A DNA stretch of 64,000 nt from Cirrosporium novae-zelandiae (Eukaryota): positions 496,001-560,000 of the forward strand of contig JAPETS010000004.1 of NCBI GenBank assembly GCA_026023565.1, read 5' to 3'. The position numbers and the translations under genes were made by a program. Each line of letters opens with the position of its first letter. The first letter of the stretch is position 1. This document shows, one piece after another, positions 38,575 to 52,143 of this stretch. The notes below the pieces were generated by a model that saw only the letters and a program-made list of their open reading frames with translations, did not search any database and was not told the DNA's origin.

Positions 38575-39723
38575 TTAGGCCCCATTCTCCTCATCACCGA
38601 TGCGGATGGTTCCTTCCTTGGAAATTCCATTGGCCCAGAAACCGTCAAGGGTAAATCCACTTGAAGTAAAGTATATTAGCTCCACTGATGAGATATAAGA
38701 ATTGGTAGAGTGGATATTATCTTACGTATGTGGCATTCGGTCATGAGTGAGAAGCAGCCAGAAGCCAAAGACTGGCTTGGCGAGAATATCAAGAATGGCA
38801 TAAATAATGATTTCCGAGTCGAGCGACAAATGATGAGATCCATCTGCAAAGCCCCAGATACTTGGACAATGTAAGCAGAAAGAAATTCAATGTTAACGGA
38901 GGTTAAACATACATTGGGTAGATCGTCCAGATGACAAAGGTAAAACCGGCGATGGCCGTAAAGAACTTTCCTGTCCTGGCATCCCTGGACATAGCTATAG
39001 CACGCCCGTTGTAGATCAGGTGCCAAAGGATAGTCAAGTATGCAATACACGCGATAGCGTAGAACCCCCAGGTTGGAGCTCCGTCTTTTGCAAACGCAGA
39101 GAAGAGACCCGTGAGAATCATGATCAAATCTGCAATGACTGCAACGAGGATGCTGGCACCATTCAGGCCTGCTACTAAGGCAAGATCAATGAGGAGAAGA
39201 GGTGTGGTCAAACTCCAGTCTACATATCGAGCCCAATAGACTTCACGGTTATATTTTTGAGAGTAATCTGGGCCATGATGTAACTTGCTCTTGTGTGTTT
39301 CCGTGTAGGAGTGGTAGGAGACACCGTCACCAATGGCCATGGCATAATAGGAGATAAAGGCGAAGGTAGTGATGAAGGCTGTCAAGATATGGAGTATACG
39401 TTTTTGCTAGACGAGATTAGATGGAACCCAAGGTAGGAGAGAATGCTTCCTTGAACTTACCACTGGGGTTCGCCATGCTAGAGCATAAAAGGCTAGGGAA
39501 GAAAGGCCCATCAATATGCAAACAACCCTAACGTATGTCAGCATCTAGGTGGTTGGCATAGTCCTAAGAATCTGGTTCATTGATACCATAGAGCACGCTT
39601 GCCAGCATCTCCAGCCTCTTGATAGATAGGAGGGCTAGTTGGAATGACTGTAGGCACTGGACCTACTGTACTCGTAGGCCGATAGGTGCTCAGAGTCCTG
39701 AATGCTTCGACAGGATCAAGCAT
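38575..39723 (-). CDS. Fungal type-1 rhodopsin (NOP-1/Leptosphaeria-rhodopsin clade), retinal-binding
   Basis: Five exons. Helix C is WARYVDWSLTTPLLLIDL and helix G is YAILDILAKPVFG with the Schiff-base Lys. C-terminus LDGFWANGISKEGTIRIGDEENGA. Confidence 0.92.
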
Positions 39724-41371
39724 CTTGACTAATTGGATGAGAAAGGAAGGAATGGGAGGAGTTTGTATGGGAAGAAAAAAGAAGAATTGCACTCTCAAGC
39801 CAAATAGATGCTATGTCTAAGGTCTTATAAGAAGATTGTAGTGTGAGAAGAGAGCGGGTGGGAGTGTGGGGATGACTGGTGTATGGGATGAAGATGAAGA
39901 GATTCAGCATACAACAAATTTGGAGGTACGACCTTTATTAATCTGAATGCAATAGTGCTCTGCGGGGTGTAAGGTATTTTCTCTTCGGCATGACGACCAC
40001 CTTACGGGTCAATACAATATGGATCCCTCCCAATTGGTTTTGGCGAATACCAACCATACTAACGATACAGAGAATACCAATATGATACCCCGTCACGCCG
40101 TATGGCTCTACATGCACATCTCAAGTAATGCCAAGGTATATCTTGAGGCAGCAGCATGTTACGAGGCAGAAGAGGCAGGTGAGGCAGATGAGGCAGGAAA
40201 CGACGGAGTGGTTTCGTCATGCAAATATGGATATAACTTTGTTTGACCTTGTGTGTGACCAATGAGGTCGATTCAATCCATTCGAGGTCAAGTCTCCAAG
40301 CCACAGCTGTGGCGTCCCCCGCATATCATCATCTCTCATCCATTTCATCTCATTTGTCTCGGTGGTGTCGGCCCAAGAGTTATGTGACGGTTACCTCATG
40401 CCTATGATATTTAATTGGCCAGACACTGTTTAGAGTCTTATTACATCATGGCTCTTGACGTTGACAGGTGACGTTTGAAACGATGATTCCGAAATAACTA
40501 CCTAGGATAACTTGAGGATCATGGTAGAATGTACTGAATAAATGCCATAAAAAACGCGATACAAGAGGTATAATTAATGGTCAAAGTACAAAGGCATCTC
40601 ATGATAGTCCTGCGCAAATTGTGATTCGAGGAATAGCCAAGAATAACTGCAATGGTCCCACTTATAAACTGCAGCTTTCCGAGAGGACGAGACGAGGCTG
40701 GGGTTGTACACTGGCTAAAATGGCATTCGATTTAGTTGCCTATTTGTACTTGATCGAAAGACATTATTTTATGTTGAAACGAGTTTCCGCTGATTTCTGC
40801 TGCTCTCTGCTATTTTTTTCATTTTATCTCTTTTGTCCAAAGTCAATCAATTAATCAATCAGATGTGGCCTTGGTTATCAGGCTACAACTACTAACAACC
40901 TTGGAAAATAGATCATAAAGAAAAAGCCAAGACCTGATCCACCTTTCACAACGTACGAAATAAATTATTATCAAGAACTAATCTACCACCATCTTTTTTT
41001 AGCCGCGGTCATTTCTCCCCTTCTCCTCTTCTCCACCGACCTATGACAAATTTCCAAGTTACGAGGTCGTTAGGGGAGAGGACGAGAAGCGTTATCTTCC
41101 TTCTTTATCTTGCCTTTTTTTTCTTCTTCTTTATGATTTGATATTTTGTTCTTGAGACAAAAAATCCAAATGGGAATTAAAACATAACTCGTGGTATATA
41201 TGCTGACAATATCTGGCATTGGCTCGACTGTAAGTGGTGGGATGAACTTGAGTCCATTTGGTCCTAAGCGTCAAAGGAGTCAATATGAGTGGAGCAAATT
41301 GTGGTTAACGTTAACGAATTGTCAAAGAATGAAAACATAAAGTCAAAAAGGTTAAAAAGGGCCACTTCTTG

Positions 41372-41522
41372 TCCACCAAGGGACTCAAATCACTCAAATG
41401 ACTGTCCCCGATGGAAAAATATTCTCTCTCTACCTTTCCTGCTCTGTTTCATTATTGGGAAGCTGAGCGATAGATAAGTCCGAGTCTGAGCCTGAGTCTG
41501 AGTGAGTGAGTACCTTGCTGGC
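41372..41522. promoter_or_regulatory. Two candidate zinc-response (ZafA-type CAAGGT-core) elements
   Basis: TCCACCAAGGGACTC (41372-41386, +) and GCCAGCAAGGTACTC (41508-41522, -) upstream of the ZIP transporter. Confidence 0.4.
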
Positions 41523-41809
41523 ATTTTGCTGACATCCATCCCACCATGTCTCTAAATTGCTCCTTCTCCTTCTTCTACCTCTCCTTCTCTTTCTTGCTAT
41601 AACTATTCCCTGGTACATCTTTGGAATTTCTACCCTCGAATATTTCACTAAATATCGTTTCCTAAAACCAATCAGGTGATAAAGGGACACATATATTCAA
41701 AGGAATTCCAAGTCCCTTCTAGACAACCAATGGGTTTCGATTCCAACAAAGCCACTCTACCCTATTATTGAGACCATCCCAGAACAAAACACTAATCACA
41801 CCTCTCATC

Positions 41810-42961
41810 ATGGGGACATGTATCTCAGGTAATGATTATGATGGGCGCATGGGGGTTCGGATATCCTCGATCTTTGTAATTATGATAGGATCATCTTTTG
41901 GTATATTAATTCTCCCCTTGATTATAACCACGCTAAGACTGTGCTCGTTTAGGTGCCATATTTCCTGTATTCGCAGCTCGTCACGAGGGAATGGGCGTGC
42001 CAGAATGGACCTTCTTCGTTGCAAAGTATTTTGGCTCTGGCGTAATTATTGCTACAGCATTTATCCATGTACGTTCTACCAGTCGCCATCAATGAGGTTT
42101 ACATGTGCTTACTAGCCTTTCTAGCTCCTTGCACCAGCCAATGAAGCCCTAACGGATGACTGCCTTACAGGCCCAATAACCGAATATTCCTGGGTCGAGG
42201 GGATTGTTCTGATGACTGTCATGATCCAATTCTTCGTTGAGTTAATGGTGATGCGGTATGCTAGTTTTGGGTCAGACGGACACGATCACGAACCTACCGA
42301 CAACTCAAATACCACAGACGCCTTCGACACAGAACCAAACAAGTCCTTGCCGCTTAGAGAACCCATAGCCCCCACAAACCATCAACCTGGCGAAGATCAT
42401 CTCGGTCATAGTCGCGAGCATCCGGATGATACGGAAATAGGGATCCTGGGTCACCCAAAGGCTGAAGATTATGCTGCCCAAATGACTGCCATCTTTATCC
42501 TCGAATTCGGCATCATCTTCCACTCTATCTTCATCGGCCTCACTCTCGCTGTCTCTGGCAAGGAGTTTAACACGCTCTACGTTGTTCTCGTTTTCCATCA
42601 AACCTTCGAAGGCCTCGGTCTGGGCTCCCGGCTTGCCGCTTCTCCTTGGCCGAAATCGAAACGGTGGACCCCCTATATCCTTGCCATGATCTATGGATTA
42701 ACGACGCCAATCGCCATTGCCATTGGCTTGGGGCTCCGTAATAGTTACTCTAACAATGCTCAAAAAACACTGATCGTAAATGGCGTTTTCGATTCCATTT
42801 CTGCAGGTATCTTGATATACACCGGAGTAGTCGAGCTACTAGCGCACGAATTCCTTTTTAGTCCATATATGCGACGCGCGAAGATGAGAACGGTGATGAG
42901 CGCATATGGATTAATGTGTCTAGGAGCTGGACTGATGGCTCTTCTTGGGAAATGGGCTTGA
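41810..42961 (+). CDS. ZIP-family plasma-membrane zinc transporter (Zrt2/ZrfB-like)
   Basis: Motifs CISGNDYDGRMGVRISSIFVI, KYFGSGVIIATAFIH, a His-rich loop, LEFGIIFHSIFIG, FHQTFEGLGLG and C-terminal LLGKWA. Two introns. Confidence 0.92.
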
Positions 42962-43694
42962 GCTTTTGGTGGTAGTAGTATGCTTACATACATAGGAGGA
43001 CCGATTGATGGACCTATGAATAAGCCAAAAACAAAAAAAACCAGTGATTGGTCATGCATGTATGTACCGTACGATGACTCTCAAGGATAGACTGAGACCG
43101 TATTTTTACGTATGAATAACAAAATGACAATACGACAAGAAATGCGAGTATTTACAATAAGAAAAAATCATAATAGTTATTTTTTGGAAACAAAAGCATG
43201 ACTTGCACCAAGTATGAATAAATGGCACGATATAATGTGATATGGTACATATACACTTTCTTTTTTATTTGATACATAATAACCACAGTAAATAGACATT
43301 CACAGCTTAAACGGACCTTCTCCCAATTAGAGTCATACATAATCGCAAACGACTCTGTCTCTATACTCGTATGCCTTTGTCTTGAACCCCTTCCTTGGTT
43401 CATCCACCTAGTATCTATAGTACCTTGTAGATAAGCCGATCAACTTGGTTTACTGGGAGTTATTAAGCTTATTTTGTCGTAACTGGGTCTATCCATCCAT
43501 CCACGATTTCTATAACCAAGGAATATGTTTCACCTCGAATGTCATCCATCAATCACATGAACTTATAAATCTAAAAAAAAATAGAGCAGGCATTGTTAGA
43601 AAGATTTGATCAGAGCACACAGTGGGGTCAAAAAATTTGTTCTCGTTTTCATTTTTTTCAAAGAGAGGGAGGGATAAGACGAACCTAAACTAAA

Positions 43695-45517
43695 CTAAAC
43701 CAAAGCAAGGATCTTTTCTGCGGCTCTTTCTGCAACTACCATTACAATGGCTTGGGTGTTTCCTGTGGGGAGATCGGGGTGGATGGAGGCGTCGACGACG
43801 AACTGTAGTGGTGGTGTTAGGACGGTCTAATTGGGAGAGCGGTAGACTTGGACTTACTAGGTTATCTATTCCATAGACCTTGGTATCGAGATCGACGACG
43901 GCACTGCCACCCGTTCTTCCATCATCACATCCCATTTTCACGGTGCCTACCAGATGCAAACCGGATGTATAACCCTCAAGACTCTCGGCACCGCTGATAT
44001 TCTTTTGCGGTTTGAGGATGGTAGAGTTTTTCGCCGCGGTGTTAAAATCGTCGATGAATCCCGCTAGGCCCTCCTTGTCGGCGCTGGTGGTGAAGTATGG
44101 GGAGTCTAGGATCGAGATGCTGCTGCCGTCGGCGGAGAGGCCGAGACGGCCCGAGGAGGTTAGGCCGTGTGTGAGGTAGAATTTTACGAGGATCGTGTCG
44201 GTGGCTGTGACCGAGGTTGTTCCTTGAATGGAGCGGGTGACGTTGTCGGAGCCGACGAAGGACGACCAGAAGAGGAGTCGTTGGACTCCTTGTGCGAGGG
44301 GGCCGGAGCGCTGGGACAGGTACAGCTCGTTATCCGAGGTGGGAGGTGAGTTGAAGTCATAGGCGGTGAGGTTGGAGAAGGTGGTGTAGTTTACGTTCAC
44401 GATGGGGTGGTCTTTCAACCCGTGGCCGACGGGAAGAGAGATCCAATCTTTCTGAGCAGGGAAGTTTGAGCTGTTGGTGCTGTTTGCAGCAATGGAGAGT
44501 TGGTCCGAGGGACCAATGCCGCTGTTGAAGAGAATCTTGGGGGTAATCATGCTACCGGAGGCAAGGATAACGCGAGCGTTGGAGGAGACGGATATGATGG
44601 ATGTAACACCAGTCAAAGTATTTTTGACCTCAACGCCAGTGACGACGCTGCCTTCTCGGGTGACACGGACTACTGTGGTATGCATTTGAAGCTTGAAGTT
44701 GGATGATTTTTGCGCCAGAGGAAGGTAGGTACGGACAGGACCAGCACGCTCGCCATCTTTGATATTCCAGGGAGGGTGAGTGTAGACACGATACTTATCA
44801 TTTGGATCCGCGAAGGTGGACACCTTGTGGTATTCTTGGGTATCAAGGAAGGAAGAGAGAATGTTGTATTCCGTTGGATCATAGATCTTGCCATCCACTG
44901 AAGGACTATCGCTTCCCGGATTCCGAGCATACAGCTTCTGTGCAGCACTGGACATCTCAGACCACTGCCAACCTTGGGGCCATTTGTCGTCAAAGTCGGC
45001 TTGGCGTGGGTGAATGAAGACCATAGCGTTGATCTCAACACCACCACCCAGAGTGCAAGCCGCATATACAGGGGTATCATCGCAGAGGAAAGACATGTCG
45101 GTCTCGAAGAGAGCAGTGTCCAGGCCAGGGACATCGTAAAGAGTGAGAGGAGCGCTTGGGCTGTAATCCCAGGTAAGGTTGCCCCCGCTGGAGTAAGTGC
45201 TTGGACCACCTCTTTCGAGGAGGAGCACTGTTTTGTTGGCTTCGACGAGTCTCTCCGCAACTAATAGTGGTGAATCTTAGCCTTTTTGACCTTGGATTTA
45301 GTGGTCTATTCCTGGAGGTAGCTTACCAATTAGGCCTGCAGGTCCAGCTCCAGCAATAATGTAATCTGAGTATCTAAAGTCAGCAAGGCACCTGGAATAG
45401 GATGCCTCCACTCTTACCCCAGTCACCAGTTTCTCGCCGGAAATGGTGATGCTTTAGAGCGGGCGAGGCAAACGCCCCGGAGAGCAGTAAAGGGAGGGAG
45501 AAATATCTAAGATACAT
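43695..45517 (-). CDS. Secreted GMC oxidoreductase, cellobiose-dehydrogenase-like flavin domain (AA3_1-like) without cytochrome domain
   Basis: Signal peptide then DYIIAGAGPAG after splicing. Motifs LLLERGG, LGGGVEINAM, HLVGTVKMG and VVDLDTKVYGIDNL|FVVDASIHPDLPTGNTQA. Three introns. Confidence 0.85.
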
Positions 45518-46319
45518 TTTGAAACTGTTCAATGCACAAGGAAAGAGAGGAGGGGAAAGGAAGAACAGATATGCGAGTGATATCAAAGGAAGAATCAATG
45601 GATCCAAGAGGATTTAAATGCCTAGAGGCATCACGGGCTTCCATCGTCTCTTGCTTCAAAGTGAAAGCTACAGTTGAAGATGCGGGTATACTCCGGAACG
45701 GAAGATGAGAGAAAAGACTTTAACGGTAAACAAAAACAACGTCCGGTTTGTCCAAGAGTAAAAGTATGAAGCTAGAGGTTCGGCAAGGGACTAAAGTGAA
45801 AAAAAGACACTCGTGTAGTGAAGAGGAAAAAGCTAAATTGACTTGGGATTCGCCGTTCAGACGGTTGAGAAGGGGATCCATTGTTTCGCAGGGTTAAAGC
45901 TTCAGCAGAAGTTTCCTCGTCCTCGGATATTTGGGAGATTCTTGTTTCAATTTCCCACAAGTTAGCAAGAAAATACAGTGTTCTGGGAGGACTGGACAAG
46001 GGAAACCATGTTAATGGATGTGGTAATAGTGGAGTTGAAGGATCTTCAGACGCAGATACTGTGCATGACAAATCTGGGTAGGATAGTTGACACCATGGTC
46101 TTAAAACGGGATAAAGGTTGTTTGTCTCCACAAGCTGATCCAATGCTTTGATAATAATCATCATCTAATCTTATCACATCACCAAATAAATCAGCACACC
46201 TTAGAGTAGGTAATTAGGTAAAAAAGTATTACCAAGGAATGTAGATAACCTATGATTCTGTAGTCTCATTGCTCTTCTCCCTTCTTCTAGATGATTCAAA
46301 TATAACATTTTCTTACCTG

Positions 46320-46325
<6 letters not shown>

Positions 46326-46351
<26 letters not shown>
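46326..46351. repeat. (TC)13 microsatellite
   Basis: Visible directly. Confidence 0.9.
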
Positions 46352-46762
46352 CGGTGCAAAATTCAGGATAGATCGGCCGATACCGGATTCGGCATCTTTC
46401 GGCTGTCTGGACCCTGATACATGTTGTTTCTAGATTCATCTTATATATCCTCTTAACGAACCACTAGAAGGTTAACAAACCCTCCCAAATACAGCCGAGT
46501 CTCGAAGCGATTGAAGCTATGGAGAGATTATTTATTAACGACTAATATAGCGTGTGCGTCGTATTCCCCATTACCTCGTCTTATAGTCTATTCTGTACAA
46601 AATATAAAAGCATGAGTAGCGATGCTGCAATCACGCCCTGCCATTATATACCTCGCATCCTTCACCCCGACAAGCTGCAAAATAATTTAGAAAGAAAATG
46701 CATTCCGGTGCTTCCTCCCATTTCTTCAGCTGGCTCCCGTCATTATCCCCCGACCCATTAAC

Positions 46763-49700
46763 CTAAAATCTCGTTTCCATAGCCCTTTGTACAAGCCGAT
46801 TAAGCTCTGAATGACGAGTCTGCTGCTCTTGTATAGTAATCATAATGTCATTACCTGCAGTACTATTTCTCTGTCTCACCCGCTGTTCCGCTGTTTGATA
46901 AAGGTTAAGAATATCATCTTTCGTTTCACGGACCTTTGATATTAAATCCTCTGCATCTTGATTGTGCGACACTTCTAGATCCTCGATGATCTTCTCTCCC
47001 GCCCGTTCGAATTCGGACGAGACGTCATTGATGGCGAGTTCATGATCTGCTAGATGCTGAAGGAGATGCTATTGATAGGTAAGCCTAATAGTTAATTTTT
47101 CTGATTTTGTGATTCTCTCACCTTTGAAACATGAGTTAGCGCCTCCAGTATGTTGGATTGGTCAGGCCTGAGTGTCTCAAGCCATTGTTGGTCATCATCT
47201 AGCGTAGCTTCTGATGGGGAACTATCCGCTAATCCTGGATCTATTATGCTTTCGATTGTTCCAGACGGGCACGTTGCTGGGGGCTGCGGAGAACATGTTT
47301 CCTTTGATTCTACGACCGTTTGATCGTTGTCTTTAGGTCCTTGGTCGCCGTGCACGGCAAAAGGGCTAGGCATTTTCGCATCTTGCTGGTATTCTTCTTT
47401 TGCGGCAGTACCGTACATATTTAAATGTTTTCGTAGTTGATTAGCAAATCTGGTCTCACGTGGAGTGCCAATGTCTAAAAACGGATTTCGATTGTCCTGC
47501 TTCGGTCTTAAAAGTTCGGCGTTTGCGATCTGTTGAAAGTTCCCTTCCGGAGTGATTTTAGCTACAACGGAGTCGGAAAGCATTCGGGAGGGCGCTGAAG
47601 GAGGGGCTGGGCGAGCTTTCCGAATAGTTGTCATTGGCTTGATTTCGCTGAAAAAGGACGTACGTCGGGTTTGCGACGTTGAAACCGGATCGACATCATC
47701 AATTTGTATAGTAGGGGTTCGACAAGGTCTATCTGATGCCCCATCATTGGATACTTTTATTTTTGAAAGCTGATCCTTGACAGCAGCCATGGAAAGAGGA
47801 CTCCCATTTTCATCCACCCGGGTTGCCTGAGAGCCATGCGAGGGCCATGAATCTTCTCCGAAAAATGTAGGGTTATTTTCTTGGTTCCAGGGGGAAGAGA
47901 CTTCCTTTGTTCTGACGGTTGGAGGCGTTTTAACAACATTCAGTGAGGTTTCTAATCGTGGGATCTTTCTCTGATGGCTAGTGGGAACTGGATCTTCAAG
48001 CGATCTTCGCTTGAAAGCCTGAGGAAGTATATTGAACCTTTCCTTGAGCACACCGGGCATACTTAGTCGGCTGCCAGTTAACATAACACCTTGATTGAGA
48101 GGGCCATCTGATCCAAAGCTCACAATCTTTGGTTTTCGTAGAATATAGTCATCATTCGAGAGTGTCTGAGCATTTCCTTCCCCCTGATTACTTAGCTTAT
48201 CGCTTGGTGGTTGTCGAGCGGGTTTGTTCTCGATCCTGATACGTTTTGAAATAGCTGGAGGGCTGCTCAGATCGCCCTCTGATTTATTCATGTTCTCGAG
48301 AAGGTGTCTCTTCACCTTCTGGCAACTTGACAGCTTTTTCGCTTCCTTATGGCAATCTCTCGGTCCAGTCGTAACCTCCACATTTGGAACATGAAAATCA
48401 TGATCTGCACCTACTTCTAATGAGATTGATCTATGATCTTTCTTTTTCCAATCGGGGGATTTAATAGATGGCACCACTACCGAGCGCCTCCCAAGGGACC
48501 CATTTTGTTGTTTCAATCTCCAAGGTCTCGCCAATCGATTTTCCCGCCCGCGAGATTGTTTTGGGATGTATAGAAGATCTAAATTTGCTGGAGAGGATTC
48601 GTGCTCTGATCTGGTCTCTTGAAATGCCAATGGAGTTAGATATTCTTCGGTTTGACCTTTCTGCTCCTGTACTGTATTCACTGAATTTCGAATTCCGAAT
48701 TTGGGCCGTTTCGATGGGAGGGGCATCATCTGACTGCTGCCTTGCTGAATATCTGAACCACTGAAGGAATGCTTGTTCTTAAGGCTACGTTTCTGTGGAA
48801 TACCAGAAAAGTATCCTCTTACTTTTTCAGGCCCCTCAGAATTTTGGTCAATATTTAGACCAAGTGCAGCAATACCTTCTATAGCAACAGATGATGTATC
48901 CTTCTTTGGCTTATTAGCTCCCGAGATCTTCATAGATTTGCTAGTCTTAGACATGATCCCTATTATCTGTTTTGAAGATGGATGAGGGATATTAACCTGC
49001 TGATGAATATCTTTAAGAAGATCATAGTCCGGTTGGAGAGTAGCTACGTTAGGACTGTCGTCGGGGTTTCCTGCTCTATTAAACCCTTGTTGAGATCTTC
49101 TCTCCTTATGTGCTGGTGAATTGTAAGTTGTTGACGCGGTGACACTACCTTGTTTTTCCTTTGTAAGCAAAATCTCGTTGTCATTCTGCATGGCTTCGAT
49201 TTGGTCTTCGAAGAAATGACCATTGGCATTTTCCAGGGTTTGTTGGTTCGTCACTTCGTCTTCGTGGACTTGAAGTGTCGATGCCTTAACAAACTCCCGA
49301 AATGGCGTCTCACTCCTATTTTCATGCTCTAAAAAGCTTGGAGAGCTCCTCGGTGCTGAGTGACCGAAAATCGAACCATTTTCGTTTATAAAATTATCAT
49401 CACATTGTAATACACCATTATTATTCGACGTGGGAGAAACATGGTCTGTCAAAAAAGAACTAGCGTCATTTCTAGTGAGGGATGATTGTCTTATCTTATC
49501 TGAGAGTTCATCGATCTCATCGGAGGGTGTTTCTTGTTTGGCGTCGCAAATTTTATTTGCTTTCTTTGCTACTGCGCAGATGCTACGTGCTTTTGGAGAT
49601 TCGTTCAAGCTTGATAACAGTTTGAGTTTTCGGGGTCCTTTTTGAGCAACTTTGCTTGGGGTTTGCTTCCTCACTAATCGTTTCAAAGGAGATGTCCTAG

Positions 49701-52143
49701 TTGCCCAGGAACGTGTGCTATGGACGCTTGACCCAGGTCCCGAATTAGCCTCTGTATCTTCAGCGTGGATCGTTTCTCCTATGTTGCCTAAGATTTCATT
49801 TTGTTGGCTGGCCACTGGAATATAGTTTAACAAGTGTTTAGAACTTGCATTCTTCCCGTATACTAGGGCCTTGGGAGTTTTTGATCCGAACATAGATTGA
49901 ATGATTGATGTGTGTCCCATTTTCTGTGGCTTCTCCATGCGGTTTTCGGACCCAGGAAAAGCATATATGCTATCATTTTCTAACCCCAAAGAAGCTTTTA
50001 TCGCAAGAGTTTGTGATTGCTTTCCAGCTGCTTTAGTCCTGTCCAGCCTTCCTGCCTCAGTAAGCATAGCTTGTTGGTTCTTTTTAGTCAACGTCTCGTC
50101 TGGTGTATTCCTTGTCGTTCGAGTTTGTCGAGATTCTGGCTTATTATCGACGCGAGGTTTTTTTTTGGTATTCAATGTCCTAAGTATAGTTTCTTGCGGT
50201 GCAACTATTATGGTAGATGCATCCTGACTAGTGGTAGGTGCCTTTGGCAGAGAGCTATGCTGTTTCCTTGGATGATCATTCCTGGGGGTGGTTCCATATA
50301 AGTTATTTGAATCCCCATGTTGTATAGATGCATCGTTGGTCATTTGGGATGGATACCTTCCATGGCCTTGGGGAAATCGATTTAGTCCATCATATGGGGG
50401 CTGAAACTCCCCGTCATCCTCAGTTATTCCTTTACCAGGTTGCCATTGGGTTATGCTTGAAGCCAGAATCTGCGAGTCACCGCTCTGGTGAATTCCATAT
50501 AGTGGGGCGGCCGCCAAACCTGGGTGGCCAATAGTATCACGGTCGATTTGGATAGATCCCTGTGAGAACTGGCTACGTCGGCGCAAAATGGGTTCTATCG
50601 TTGGTTTTTGGGCGAGATTCGGTGCAATCTGTCTGCTAATGGCAATTAATGTGTGTTTTTGGCCTTCAGGAGATTTCAATGGCATGTGCACAGTTTCATC
50701 CTCTAGATCTATATCCATATTATCACCATCTTGCTCATTATTAATGTCTGATTTCAACATGCTCTTTCTGCCCTTTGATCCTGATAAGACCATTTTTGCC
50801 GTAGAAGGATGACCAAGGATATAGTCAAGAAGAACATTTGCAGTATTATTATCCTTCAGATCAATGCATATCTTCTTCGTAGGCCTCTCTACTGAATTTA
50901 TGCAGCAGAAAGATTGATCTCGTCGAGTAGCAATCTCTACCCTGTTTTTAACCGAAGTGATACTGTTGATAGAGGAAATAAGAACATCAATATAGAATTC
51001 GCGGCATGGATGTGAACTCAAAGTCATGATGCTCAGAAATTCTGCTAGAGCCACCATGATAATAGGTTCTCCACCAAATGTGAGCCGACCATCAATCGAA
51101 ACGTTACGAACAAAGTGCAGAGCAGAATTGCTATTACCATCAGCTCATAACTACCCAATCATTAAAGAACCTTACTAGTCAGGTAGTGGCAGTAGGTTTG
51201 TGCAATATGATGTGAAGTCTTTCACCCATCGAGAATGTGAATCTGAGGCCTGTGGAAACGTGTTGATTGCTTCATCGGTAGCATTGGTGGGCCAAAATAT
51301 TTGAGGGCTTTCCGCGAATTCGACAATGTTGCGAATTATCTGGCCAGATATCACCTTCAGTAGTGCATTGTCATCGGTAAGGATCAAATCTCCAAGGGCT
51401 CGACTATATAGATATTAGAACTTGTACGTTGTAAAAGTAAGAAATTTTCTAACCGACGAGCCTCTGGGCTATTGAGTAGTATAATAACATTGCTTTCGGA
51501 CTTCTTCAACAACTCGAGAACAAACAATCCAGCCTTTTATCAAGTCAGCTCACGTACACAACGCTGGTTCATGTTGTTTTACCCATCTTCTAGGTCTCTC
51601 AAGGTTATGTGTGTCAATGAAGGAATCAACAAGCTTCCCAAGTACCTTTGCCCCGATCTCTTTCTTTCTTTGATTTTCTGTCGGGCTCAGCTGTTGAGAG
51701 TCCTCGATCTCTTCATATTCCGGGCAGGGGCGAAAAGACTCCTATATCTCGATCAACAACTGCAGTCCAACTAATTCGTTGGACATATACCGTGAGAAGA
51801 TATAGTCCCCTCTCCTTCGCTAGACATTGTTCTGCATCAATCACTAGCCCACATACAGATGAGAAGACATGCGTAGGGAGTTTTCGGCAATTGGAGGCAT
51901 CAGGGCTCTCGAGGAGCTGGACGAGCTGCTTGATTTGATCTGTAGAAAGAGGTTGCTCTACGGCTCGAGTGATACGGTCATAGTAGTCGTTCGGGGCTCT
52001 ATAAATGGACCTTTAGTAGAAGCTAATTTCGCAGTAGGGTAGTCATACACTTTCTTCTCACGTATATAGATGACATCATGAAGGTTATCAAGGAGTATGC
52101 TAAAATGACTATTATGTGCTTGACGCCGAGTTCGAGGGACCAT
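46763..52143 (-). CDS. Large (~1,700 aa) hypothetical protein: folded N-terminus, long S/T/K/R-rich disordered middle, C-terminal helical/coiled-coil region
   Basis: An open exon of >1300 codons (47122 to ~51120). Last intron 47069-47121 joins THVSK to HLLQHLADHELAIND...AMETRF*. Several upstream exons; the 5' exon structure is not fully resolved. Confidence 0.7.

Noticed and set aside
38575..39723. carO/carotenoid (car) cluster
   Set aside because: No phytoene synthase, desaturase or carotenoid oxygenase gene is adjacent.
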